A stretch of 46,178 nt of DNA from a virus (lineage: Duplodnaviria > Caudoviricetes). The notes under the pieces are model-generated. The model did not search any database and was not told the origin of the DNA. It worked only from the letters and a program-made list of their open reading frames with translations. The stretch is taken from positions 1 through 46,178 of the IMG/VR virus record IMGVR_UViG_3300012942_000067. One strand, given 5' to 3'. Positions 27,492 to 35,472 of the stretch are shown in pieces (position 1 is the first letter of the stretch; each line of letters opens with the position of its first letter). Both the position numbers and the translations under genes were made by a program.

Positions 27492-28096
27492 GCGCCGTGC
27501 AGCGGCGCCGGACGGCGCTGGCGGGCGTGGCCCTGCTCGCCGCCCTCGCTCTCACCGGCTGCTCGGCCAGCGACGTCTCCGACATCGGCGGCCACTGGAA
27601 GATCGGCATGCCGACCGCCAAGGACAAGCACGTCGTGAAGGCTGCGGCGACACCGAAGCCCAAGGCGACGGCGACCAAGGCGACGGCGACGCCGGTGGAC
27701 GACCTCGCCACCGGGACCGCCACCCATACCTTCTCGACCGGCGACGGGCAGGTCGTCGTCGCCTGGTGGACGCCGCAGCTTGCCGCAGGCGAGCAGCCGG
27801 GAGAGGCGATTCCTGTCGAGGTGCACCTGGGGATCAAGGGAGCTCAGCCGAAACGGGCCTACACCCTGGTCGCCTTCGACGTCTCCATCGACGGCAAGCT
27901 CGTCCTGGCGGACACCGGCAAGTGGGACGTGACGCCTCCCTACGGCTACCAGGCCGGGATCACCGTCCCGACGGGCAAGCCGCTCACCATCGAGCTGGAC
28001 GCCACTCTTCAGGTGGCGACGGACGCGACTAACACCGCCTTCACCCACGACTCCATCTCGGACGTGCTGCAGGTGTACCAGAACGCGGGCCGCTAG
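27488..28096 (+). CDS. lipoprotein
   Basis: RRR, hydrophobic core and LALTGC lipobox; ATGA overlap with the GT2 gene. Confidence 0.8.
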   Translation: MSAVQRRRTALAGVALLAALALTGCSASDVSDIGGHWKIGMPTAKDKHVVKAAATPKPKATATKATATPVDDLATGTATHTFSTGDGQVVVAWWTPQLAAGEQPGEAIPVEVHLGIKGAQPKRAYTLVAFDVSIDGKLVLADTGKWDVTPPYGYQAGITVPTGKPLTIELDATLQVATDATNTAFTHDSISDVLQVYQNAGR

Positions 28097-28157
28097 GCTC
28101 GATCCACAACTTCATACTGGCTTCGCCAGCGGTCTAACCCTCCGTGGAACGGGTCAT

Positions 28158-28243
28158 GGGACGGTAGCTCAATTGGCAGAGCGAGGGCCGCGCGGCATAA
28201 AACATGTCTTCCTAGGTTGCAGGTTCGAGTCCTGCCCGTTCCA
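28158..28243 (+). tRNA. tRNA-like gene with aberrant expanded anticodon arm (identity unassignable)
   Basis: Acceptor GGGACGG/CCGTTCC, D arm GCTC-AATTGGCA-GAGC and T arm GCAGG-TTCGAGT-CCTGC. The anticodon arm is 30 nt instead of 17; no encoded CCA. Confidence 0.7.
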
Positions 28244-28246
28244 CGA

Positions 28247-28338
28247 GGCGCATCGTCTCCTAGGCTTCGGCCTCGGTGCGTCCCAGCGGCCTCCCGACCC
28301 TTCCCAGCTCGTCACAGAGTTCCAGGTCGGGAGGTCGT
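28247..28338 (+). other. two strong tandem hairpins downstream of the tRNA-like gene
   Basis: GGCGCATCG...AGGC-TTCG-GCCT-CGGTGCGTC, then GCGGCCTCCCGACC...GGTCGGGAGGTCGT. Confidence 0.6.
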
Positions 28339-28416
28339 CCACTCCCCGCTCAATGCCCCTCGAATGAGGCCAGCTCCCGGCCGGACGCGGCGGCTCGCGG
28401 GTGAGAGGATCGACGC

Positions 28417-29130
28417 ATGGCCGGTCTCAACGCACATCAGTTCCCGGAGGTCTACGAGGACCTCGGCATCTCGCTGGACACCCTCGGGTGCATCATGCTC
28501 TCCGTCTCCTCGCTGCGAGGGCTGGTGCAGCCGGAGAACGGGCTGAACCGGGAAGACCTCTACTATGCCCGCAACCCCGACCACTTCTGGATCGACGGCG
28601 CGGTGGCCGAGAAGGCCGCCGGAGCCGAGCCGGGCTGGGCAGGCGCGCACCTCACCCTCCTTTACGGCCTCATCGCGCGCGGGCACCACGATCCGTCCTC
28701 CCTCGGACCCATCGCACCGCGCCCGAAGCGCGGCCTGACACCTCTCGGCCGCTCCGACTCCTGGGGCATCGAGCGCGAGCATGTCGACGCGGTGATGGAG
28801 GGCTGGGAGCCGCCGCTGGCGCTGCAGACCCATCACATCGAGGTCTTCCCGTCGCCGTACCCCGCCGACGACCCCGACGGCGCAGGCGCCTACGCCTGCA
28901 TCGTGGCGGTCATCCGGCTCAGTGATGAGCTCATCGAGGCGCACCAGCGCCTCTCGCTGCTCCCGCACGTCGACACCTTCCCGGTCTACAAGGCCCACGT
29001 CACCCTCGCCTACGTGAAGGCCGACCGCGCTCCGCACTGGCAGCGCACGCTGCAGGAGCTCTCTCCGATCTTCACCGTCGACACCTCTCGCCACCCGCTC
29101 GGCCTCGACTACGGCAAGGAACTGTCATGA
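28417..29130 (+). CDS. 2H phosphoesterase, Acb1 (anti-CBASS)-like
   Basis: Two HxT motifs: AHLTLLYG and HVDTFPVYKAHVTLAYV. Confidence 0.75.
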   Translation: MAGLNAHQFPEVYEDLGISLDTLGCIMLSVSSLRGLVQPENGLNREDLYYARNPDHFWIDGAVAEKAAGAEPGWAGAHLTLLYGLIARGHHDPSSLGPIAPRPKRGLTPLGRSDSWGIEREHVDAVMEGWEPPLALQTHHIEVFPSPYPADDPDGAGAYACIVAVIRLSDELIEAHQRLSLLPHVDTFPVYKAHVTLAYVKADRAPHWQRTLQELSPIFTVDTSRHPLGLDYGKELS

Positions 29131-29369
29131 ACGACCGCACCACCGACCCCGCCGCCGAGCGCTTCCCGCGCACCGACTCCGGAGCCATCGACCTCTCCGA
29201 CTTCACCGACCCCAAGCCCTACGTGCGCGGCCGGGGCTACCACCGCCGCCACGATCGTGCCCTGACGGCGGTGATCATCATCGTCGGCTGCGCGGCGCTG
29301 TTCGGCGCGGCGGCGCTGGCGGTGGACGTGTTCGCGGCGGTGGAGCTGGGAAGGGGCCTGCTGGGATGA
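29127..29369 (+). CDS. small membrane protein
   Basis: One TM helix; ATGA overlaps on both sides. Confidence 0.65.
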   Translation: MNDRTTDPAAERFPRTDSGAIDLSDFTDPKPYVRGRGYHRRHDRALTAVIIIVGCAALFGAAALAVDVFAAVELGRGLLG

Positions 29370-30088
29370 AGGTGGTGATCGGCTCCTACCGCGGCGTCGA
29401 GCTCGTGCACCGCGCGCTGGAGTCGCTGAGGAAGAACGCGAGCGGCATCACCGACATCGCCATCGTCGACGACTCCGGCGACAACGGGACGACCGAGGCG
29501 CTGCGCGACGAGCTCTATACCTTCGCCACCCAGTACGGGCTGCCGAACAAGGTGAGGCTGAACCCGAGGGTGGTGGCGCTGGAGAAGCGCGGCTATCAGA
29601 TAGCGATGCAGGCCGTCGCCCACGTTGCTCAGGAGCAGGCTGCGGGCGGCCGCGCCGCCCCGCGCTTCCTGTTCTGGGAGGAGGACTTCATCCTCACCTC
29701 GCCGGTCGACCTGGACGCGATGGAGGCTATCCTTCTTGACCATCCTGAGCTAGCCCAGCTCGCCCTGCTGCGTGGGCCGCACTTCCCCATCGAGAAGCGC
29801 TACGGCGGCCTGCTCCCGGCGCTGGAGCGACGGCTGGGAAAGCAGGTGGTGAAGCTGCGGCAGGAGGAGACCGGCAGCGCGCTCTACCCGAGCATGTGGG
29901 TGCAGCGCGGCACCTTCACCTGCAACCCCTCAGTCTGGCAGGAGGGCATCTCCCGTCTAGGCTGGCCGCGCGGGGCAGGCTCCGAGAACCGGCAGCGAGA
30001 GAGGCTGCGGCTGAAGGGCTACGAGTTCGCGTTTCTGACCGAGGAGAGGGTGGAACACGATGGCGTCAGATCGGGTAGTGGGTACTAG
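29366..30088 (+). CDS. GT-A fold glycosyltransferase (GT2-like)
   Basis: KVVIGSYR, IAIVDDS, FLFWEEDF, FTCNPS and VEHDG. Confidence 0.75.
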   Translation: MKVVIGSYRGVELVHRALESLRKNASGITDIAIVDDSGDNGTTEALRDELYTFATQYGLPNKVRLNPRVVALEKRGYQIAMQAVAHVAQEQAAGGRAAPRFLFWEEDFILTSPVDLDAMEAILLDHPELAQLALLRGPHFPIEKRYGGLLPALERRLGKQVVKLRQEETGSALYPSMWVQRGTFTCNPSVWQEGISRLGWPRGAGSENRQRERLRLKGYEFAFLTEERVEHDGVRSGSGY

Positions 30089-31013
30089 GCGGCTAGGTGC
30101 TGCTCGACCGGCGCCAGCAGCCTCGGCAGCCTCAGCGGACTCCGCCGCACCTTCCGACGACGAGCTGGAGAAGCTCTGGGGCGCGCCTCGCGCCGTGGAG
30201 ATCGTCGGGGCGGGTAGTTACCCCACCGAGGCGGAGAACGCCCCGGAGATCGCCGTAGAGCGCGTCCCCGGCAAGCCCATCGTCGTCGGCATCCCGTGGC
30301 GCCCGACGCCTGATCGGGAGGCCGCATTCCGGCGCGTCAGCGAGTTCTACGCCTCCCTCGGCTTCGACGTGCAGCCGCTGGACGGCGGCGGAGCTCCGGA
30401 GCTGTTCAACATCGGCCGCAGCCGCAACCTGCTGGTGGAGGCGAACGCCGACCACGCCGTCATGGTCCTCTCGGACGCCGACACCATCCCGCAGGTCGAG
30501 CCGCTGGTGGCGGCAGTGCGCGCGGTGCTCGACGGCGTGCACGACGACTCGATCCACCTGCCCTACCACCTCTACCGGCGCCCGGACATCGCCCGCTTCT
30601 CCCGCACCGAGCCGGTCATGGTGGACGGGGCGTGCTCCGGGGTGATGGTGTTCAAGCCCGCTGCGTGGCTGGCTCTCGGCGGCGAGGACGAGCGCTTCGC
30701 AGGCTGGGGCTACGAGGACACGGCGCTACGCCTGGCTCACGAGACGCTGGTGGGGCCGATGATCCGCTACCGCGGCGAGGTGACGGCGTTCCAGCACGCC
30801 TCGAACAACCGCAAGGGCCTCGCCCCGAACCGCGCGCTGTTCCAGCGCTACCGGGACGCTCACGGCGACCCCGAGCGGATGCAGCGACTGGTGGAGGAGG
30901 CGCGGCAGTACCACGCGGACGCCCGCGCCGGAGCCGCGCGCACCCGGCGGCACGAGGCGCTGATCGCGCGCCGACCGGGACGGCCGAACCGGCCACTGGG
31001 CGCGAACCGGTAG
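30060..31013 (+). CDS. glycosyltransferase (GT2/GT7-C galactosyltransferase-like)
   Basis: VGIPWR, FNIGRSRN, LSDAD and GGEDERFAGWGYED. Confidence 0.8.
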   Translation: MASDRVVGTRRLGAARPAPAASAASADSAAPSDDELEKLWGAPRAVEIVGAGSYPTEAENAPEIAVERVPGKPIVVGIPWRPTPDREAAFRRVSEFYASLGFDVQPLDGGGAPELFNIGRSRNLLVEANADHAVMVLSDADTIPQVEPLVAAVRAVLDGVHDDSIHLPYHLYRRPDIARFSRTEPVMVDGACSGVMVFKPAAWLALGGEDERFAGWGYEDTALRLAHETLVGPMIRYRGEVTAFQHASNNRKGLAPNRALFQRYRDAHGDPERMQRLVEEARQYHADARAGAARTRRHEALIARRPGRPNRPLGANR

Positions 31014-31023
31014 TCTCGCTGGC

Positions 31024-31713
31024 ATGGATGTGGTGATTCCCGTGGCCGACGAGCCCGTGAATCACACCCTCGCTCTCGCCATCGAGTCCATCCGCACTCA
31101 CGCCCCGCAGTTGCGCATCGTGCTGCTGGGGAACACGGCCGCCTGGGCGGCGCGGGTTGACCTCGCCTTCCGCCTCGACCAGCTGCCGTCGCGGCCGCTG
31201 CTGAACACCGACAACGCCATGCTCTTCGCCTGCCGCACCGAGGCGATCAGCGACCCGTTCCTGTGGAGCAACGACGACATTTACTGGCGCCGCCCGGTCG
31301 CGCTGCCCGAGCTCGTGAAGCAGTCCGGCACCGCCTGGGGGCAGCTCACCCAGCACTCGGCGCGCGGCATGTACGGCGTCACCGCCCACCGCACGCATGG
31401 CCTGCTGGTGGACCGCGGGCTGCCCACCTTCTCTTACGAGCGCCACGTGCCGCTGCTCGTGAGCAAGGAGGCGATGATCGACGTGCTTGGCAGTGTCGAG
31501 CGGGGCCGCTTCGCCAAGCGCTCGGTCTACCAGAACACGGTGCTCCCGGCGCCGGTGGAGCTGCGCCCGGCTGGCCTCGGCATCGGCCGGGACGTGAAGG
31601 TCTTCCGCGCACCCGACCCCATCCCTGACCTCGACCGGGAGCCGTTCCTGTCCACCGGGAACAACTACCCGCTAGGCGGCGTGCGAGAGCTGCTGGGGCT
31701 GGCCGCAAAATAG
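31024..31713 (+). CDS. Stealth-like glycosyl/sugar-phosphate transferase
   Basis: MDVVIP, LALAIESI, FLWSNDDIY, YERHVP and RSVYQN. Confidence 0.6.
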   Translation: MDVVIPVADEPVNHTLALAIESIRTHAPQLRIVLLGNTAAWAARVDLAFRLDQLPSRPLLNTDNAMLFACRTEAISDPFLWSNDDIYWRRPVALPELVKQSGTAWGQLTQHSARGMYGVTAHRTHGLLVDRGLPTFSYERHVPLLVSKEAMIDVLGSVERGRFAKRSVYQNTVLPAPVELRPAGLGIGRDVKVFRAPDPIPDLDREPFLSTGNNYPLGGVRELLGLAAK

Positions 31714-31739
31714 TCGCGTCAGGTACACTCGATCTGTAA

Positions 31740-31767
31740 TTAGTGTGTTATTTTTATAGGACAGTAA
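31740..31767 (+). promoter_or_regulatory. 28-bp dyad copy 8
   Basis: TTAGTGTGTTA-TTTTTA-TAGGACAGTAA. Confidence 0.75.
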
Positions 31768-31792
31768 TTCACCGATCGAATGGAGACCGATC

Positions 31793-32332
31793 ATGAACCT
31801 CGTCACCGCCAGGCAGGCCGCTTTCATCGAGAAGCTCGCCGCCGAGCGCCCGTCCCTCGTCACCGTCACCGACAACTCCGGCGTCCCGGCCCTCGCGTCA
31901 CTCTTCGCCGCCTGCCGGGCTGGCGACCTCTCGCAGCGCGACGCCTCCCTGCTCATCGACCAGCTGCTCAGCCACCCCAAGGAGAAGCAGGAGGCCGAGC
32001 CCGTCACGCGCACGGTCACGCCCGCGCTGGAGGAGGCGTTCTACGTCCTGGACGACGACATCTACCGCGTCGTGACTGCCAAGACCAGCGGCCGGAAGTA
32101 CGCGAAGGTGCTGAAGGTGTTCGAGGCCGCCGACGGCAGCCACCGCGGGCGCTGGGAGTACGCGGCGGGCGTCATCTTCCACCTGAGCGAGGACAACCGC
32201 GTCACGGCGGAGATCGCCGCCACCTGGGGTCACGCGTGGGGTCTGTGCTGTTTTTGCGGCGCGACGCTCACCGATCCCCGCTCCGCTGAGCTCGGCTACG
32301 GGCCGGTGTGCGCCAAGAAGCACCTGGCCTGA
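31793..32332 (+). CDS. hypothetical protein with C-terminal DUF6011-like Zn finger
   Basis: CCFCGATLTDPRSAELGYGPVC; GGAG RBS. Confidence 0.75.
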   Translation: MNLVTARQAAFIEKLAAERPSLVTVTDNSGVPALASLFAACRAGDLSQRDASLLIDQLLSHPKEKQEAEPVTRTVTPALEEAFYVLDDDIYRVVTAKTSGRKYAKVLKVFEAADGSHRGRWEYAAGVIFHLSEDNRVTAEIAATWGHAWGLCCFCGATLTDPRSAELGYGPVCAKKHLA

Positions 32333-32437
32333 ACTTTCTCGACTTCCCACTTCCACTACTTCTTCAACTTCCCCTACCCCTATAGGGGTAGGGGAAGTAG
32401 TGGAAGTTGGAGAAGTGGAGGTTGAAGAAGGCGAAGT
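32333..32437. repeat. 32-bp perfect palindrome within mirrored ACTTC/GAAGT arms
   Basis: ACTTCCCCTACCCCTATAGGGGTAGGGGAAGT at 32367-32398; pyrimidine-rich left arm and purine-rich right arm. Confidence 0.9.
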
Positions 32438-32559
32438 GCCATACTGGAGGCAGCTCGGATGCCGCACGACCGCGGATTCGCAGGCTGACTCCAACTCCCG
32501 TTTCACTCAGACCCTGACGCTGCAACAGCGCGGGCCGTCTAGTTGCAAGGAGATCAGCC

Positions 32560-32841
32560 ATGAGCGTTCAAGCACGGTTCTTCGTCGCGTCCGTCGAGAA
32601 GTTCGCCTACCCGAGCCCGTCCGGCTGGGCGGAGCCCAAGCCCGTCGTGACCGTGAAGCTGCGCGTCGTCTCCTCGGGCGGCAGCCGCGGGAAGATCAAC
32701 TCCGAGTGGGCCTCGGCCACGCCGCATGGCGAGATCACGATGACCATCGGTAATCCGGAGTCCGCCGCATGGTTCGAGGAGCAGCTGGGCCGCGACCTCG
32801 CGGTCAGCTTCGACGAGCGCCCCGCCGACGAGATCGAGTAG
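32560..32841 (+). CDS. hypothetical phage protein
   Basis: AAGGAG RBS; NSEWASATPHGEITMTI. Confidence 0.75.
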   Translation: MSVQARFFVASVEKFAYPSPSGWAEPKPVVTVKLRVVSSGGSRGKINSEWASATPHGEITMTIGNPESAAWFEEQLGRDLAVSFDERPADEIE

Positions 32842-32862
32842 GCCAAGAGCTACGATCAGCGT

Positions 32863-33264
32863 ATGGGCCGATCCTTCTCCACTCGCTACGCCGTCGCCGC
32901 CGCGGTCATCGTGCCGCTGGCGGCGCTGCGCGTCGCACGTCTCATCACCACCGACCGTCTCACCGAGAGGGTGCTGTGGTCGCCGCTGCGGCGCCGCGCC
33001 ATCTCCCACCAGACGCCCGAGCAGTTCCGGCAGGTACAGCAGTGGGAGGCCGGGCAGCGCGTGAACGCGCCGCCCTACCGCTCGGTCAGTGAGGCCGTGG
33101 TGGAGGGTGCCGACTGCCCGTACTGCCTGCCGTTCTGGGCCGGTCTCGTCCTCATCGTCGCCACCGTCGCCATGCCCCGACCGGCGCGGAAGTGGTGGCT
33201 AGCGCTGCTGGCCGCTCTCGGCATGAACTACGCGGTCGGCTTCGTCTCTTCACGCCTCGACTGA
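32863..33264 (+). CDS. DUF1360-like membrane protein
   Basis: LRVARLITTD and CPYCLPFW between hydrophobic helices; leaderless TACGAT promoter. Confidence 0.7.
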   Translation: MGRSFSTRYAVAAAVIVPLAALRVARLITTDRLTERVLWSPLRRRAISHQTPEQFRQVQQWEAGQRVNAPPYRSVSEAVVEGADCPYCLPFWAGLVLIVATVAMPRPARKWWLALLAALGMNYAVGFVSSRLD

Positions 33265-33333
33265 TGCCGATGCCCTGGTAGAGGCATCGAGCGCTATCCT
33301 GGCGGCTGGAGCCAATCAGCGGGGAGACACGCC

Positions 33334-35472
33334 ATGACCGACGAGACGCCAAGGTCGAGACGCCGCACGCGCGGGCTGGGCAACCTCAGCGGAGCGTCGG
33401 CGAGCGAGCCGAAGGAGCCGTCGTGGCTGGCGGGCTATCGCAAGAGCCACATCATCGAGCACCCCAAGCCGAACTCCTCGATCCTCGGCTCCGCCGTTCG
33501 CATCACCTCCAAGGTGGTAGCCTCCTCCACCTTCCGCCGCACCACGCACGAGACGTGGCAGGACGACGCCTGGAGCATGTTCGACCTGGTGGGCGAGTTC
33601 CGCTTCCTCGCCAACACCCTCGGCGACCGCATGAGCAAGGCGCGGCTGTACGTCGGCAAGCAGGCCACCCTGGCCGGTGACGCGCCCATCCCGGTCGACG
33701 ACGCGCAGATGACGGGCCTCCTGGACGCCATCGGAGACGGCCGCATCGGTCTCAGCCAGCTGATCAAGCGCCTGTTTATCAACCTCTACGTGCCCGGTGA
33801 CGGTTGGCTGGTGGGGATTCCGAAGGAGAAGCTCTCCACCTCCCTCGCCGCCATGGCCGACAACTCCGAGGGGCTGCCGCCGAAGCCCACCCCGGTCGAT
33901 CGCACCCCGAAGGGGCCGACGGTCACCAACCCCACCCGCACCGCCGAAGGCGACAAGTTGAAGGAGGGCAACTACACACTGCCCGTCCTCGATGAGCTGG
34001 AGTGGCGGGTGCTCTCGGTGAACGAGATCACGTTCAACGTCGGCGGCGACGTGCGCATCCTGCTCGGGCCGACGCATGAAGAGATCATCGAGTGCAGCCC
34101 TGACGAGCTGTACCTGATTCGCGTGTGGCGGCCGCATCCCCGCTACTGGTGGCACGCCGACTCCCCGACCCGCGCCTCGCTGCCGGTGCTGAGGGAGCTC
34201 GTCGGGCTGACCATGCATGTCTCCGCGCAGATCGACTCGCGCCTGGCGGGCGCGGGCATTCTGCTGGTGCCCTCCTCGGCCTCGATCGCCCTGAAGCGCG
34301 CTATGGGGCTGCCGGACGACTCCGACGAGGACCCGTTCACCGACGCGCTCATCCAGTCGATGATCACGCCCATCGGCGACCGCTCCAACGCCTCCGCCAT
34401 CGTCCCGCTCGTCATCACCGTGCCGGACGACACCGTGGCGGAGTTCAAGTTCCTGGACTTCAGCAAGGAGCTTGACTCCGAGGCGCAGAACCTGCGCGAG
34501 GAGGCCATCCGCCGCCTCGCCCTCGGTCAGGATGCGCCGCCGGAGCTGCTGCTCGGCCAGACCGACGCGAACCACTGGGGCGCGTGGCTGACGGCCGAGG
34601 AGGTCGTCTCCGCGCACATCGAGCCGCCGCTGGCTCTCATGTGTGACGCGCTGACGACGCAGTACCTCCGCCCGATTCTCATCGAGAACGGGGTGCCCAA
34701 GGACATCGCCGAGCAGTACATGGTCTGGTACGACGTGGACGACCTCATCGTCCGCCCGAACAAGACCGGCGACGCTCAGGCCCTCTACGCCGCAGGCGAG
34801 CTCTCGGGCACGGCGCTGCGCGCCGCTAACGGCTTCGACGAGTCCGACGCGCCCTACGCGGGCACCCTGGACCGCTCGGCTATGGAATCCAAGGCCATCG
34901 CGGCGGTGGCAGTCATGGTGGAGGCGAACCCGGGGCTGATGCAGCGGCCGGGACTGGACGTCATGTTCGACCAGATGATGGCGCTCTACCAGGGCAACCC
35001 GATGCAAGCCGTCGGCTCCAACACGCCAGCCCCACCGACGGCCGCCGTCGCCAACGCGCAGGCCACCGTCGCGCAGGGCGGCGCCGGGCCGCAGCAGCCC
35101 GGCCAGCAGCCTGGTCCCGCACAGCCTGCCGCACCGGCGACTCCTGCCGTCCCAATCTCACAGCCTCAGCCGCAACCGCAGGGCGCTCCGGGGTTCCAGC
35201 CCCGACCGACCGGTGCCATGCCTCCGGGTGGCGTGCCTCAGGGTGGCGTGCAGCCGATGCCGACCAACCCCGCCGCTGCCGCCGCGCAGAGCGACGCCGC
35301 CACGCGCTTCGCCGAGGTCGGCGCCTACTCGCGGCGCACCGGCGTGCGGGGCTCCCTCTCGCAGCACCTCGCCGAGCTCGACGCGGAGCTGGAGAAGGAG
35401 ACCCGGGCGCGCAGCAAGGTCACCGACTTCGACGCCACCGTCCTGGACCAGACCGGATTCGAGGGCGAATGA
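33334..35472 (+). CDS. portal protein with Pro/Gln-rich tail
   Basis: WQDDAW...VGE...SKARLY, RVWRPHP...ADSP.R..L..L.EL, IRRLALGQD.PPE.LLG...NHW, as in cluster-B-like actinophage portals; position before MuF and capsid genes. Confidence 0.85.
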   Translation: MTDETPRSRRRTRGLGNLSGASASEPKEPSWLAGYRKSHIIEHPKPNSSILGSAVRITSKVVASSTFRRTTHETWQDDAWSMFDLVGEFRFLANTLGDRMSKARLYVGKQATLAGDAPIPVDDAQMTGLLDAIGDGRIGLSQLIKRLFINLYVPGDGWLVGIPKEKLSTSLAAMADNSEGLPPKPTPVDRTPKGPTVTNPTRTAEGDKLKEGNYTLPVLDELEWRVLSVNEITFNVGGDVRILLGPTHEEIIECSPDELYLIRVWRPHPRYWWHADSPTRASLPVLRELVGLTMHVSAQIDSRLAGAGILLVPSSASIALKRAMGLPDDSDEDPFTDALIQSMITPIGDRSNASAIVPLVITVPDDTVAEFKFLDFSKELDSEAQNLREEAIRRLALGQDAPPELLLGQTDANHWGAWLTAEEVVSAHIEPPLALMCDALTTQYLRPILIENGVPKDIAEQYMVWYDVDDLIVRPNKTGDAQALYAAGELSGTALRAANGFDESDAPYAGTLDRSAMESKAIAAVAVMVEANPGLMQRPGLDVMFDQMMALYQGNPMQAVGSNTPAPPTAAVANAQATVAQGGAGPQQPGQQPGPAQPAAPATPAVPISQPQPQPQGAPGFQPRPTGAMPPGGVPQGGVQPMPTNPAAAAAQSDAATRFAEVGAYSRRTGVRGSLSQHLAELDAELEKETRARSKVTDFDATVLDQTGFEGE

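Noticed and set aside
28158-28243. Assignment as tRNA-Met(CAT), Leu(TAA) or Phe(AAA), or as tmRNA or Y RNA
   Set aside because: No triplet sits in a canonical 7-nt loop on a 5-bp stem. The full D stem and normal arm order do not fit tmRNA or YrlA, and no Ro60 gene is in the window
1407-31767. TTAGTGTGTTA repeats as a CRISPR array
   Set aside because: Copies are kilobases apart and lie before gene starts; there is no repeat-spacer periodicity and no cas gene
32400-32753. 117-aa ORF starting within the palindrome arm
   Set aside because: Its low-complexity start derives from the repeat, and it overlaps the RBS-supported gene 32560-32841
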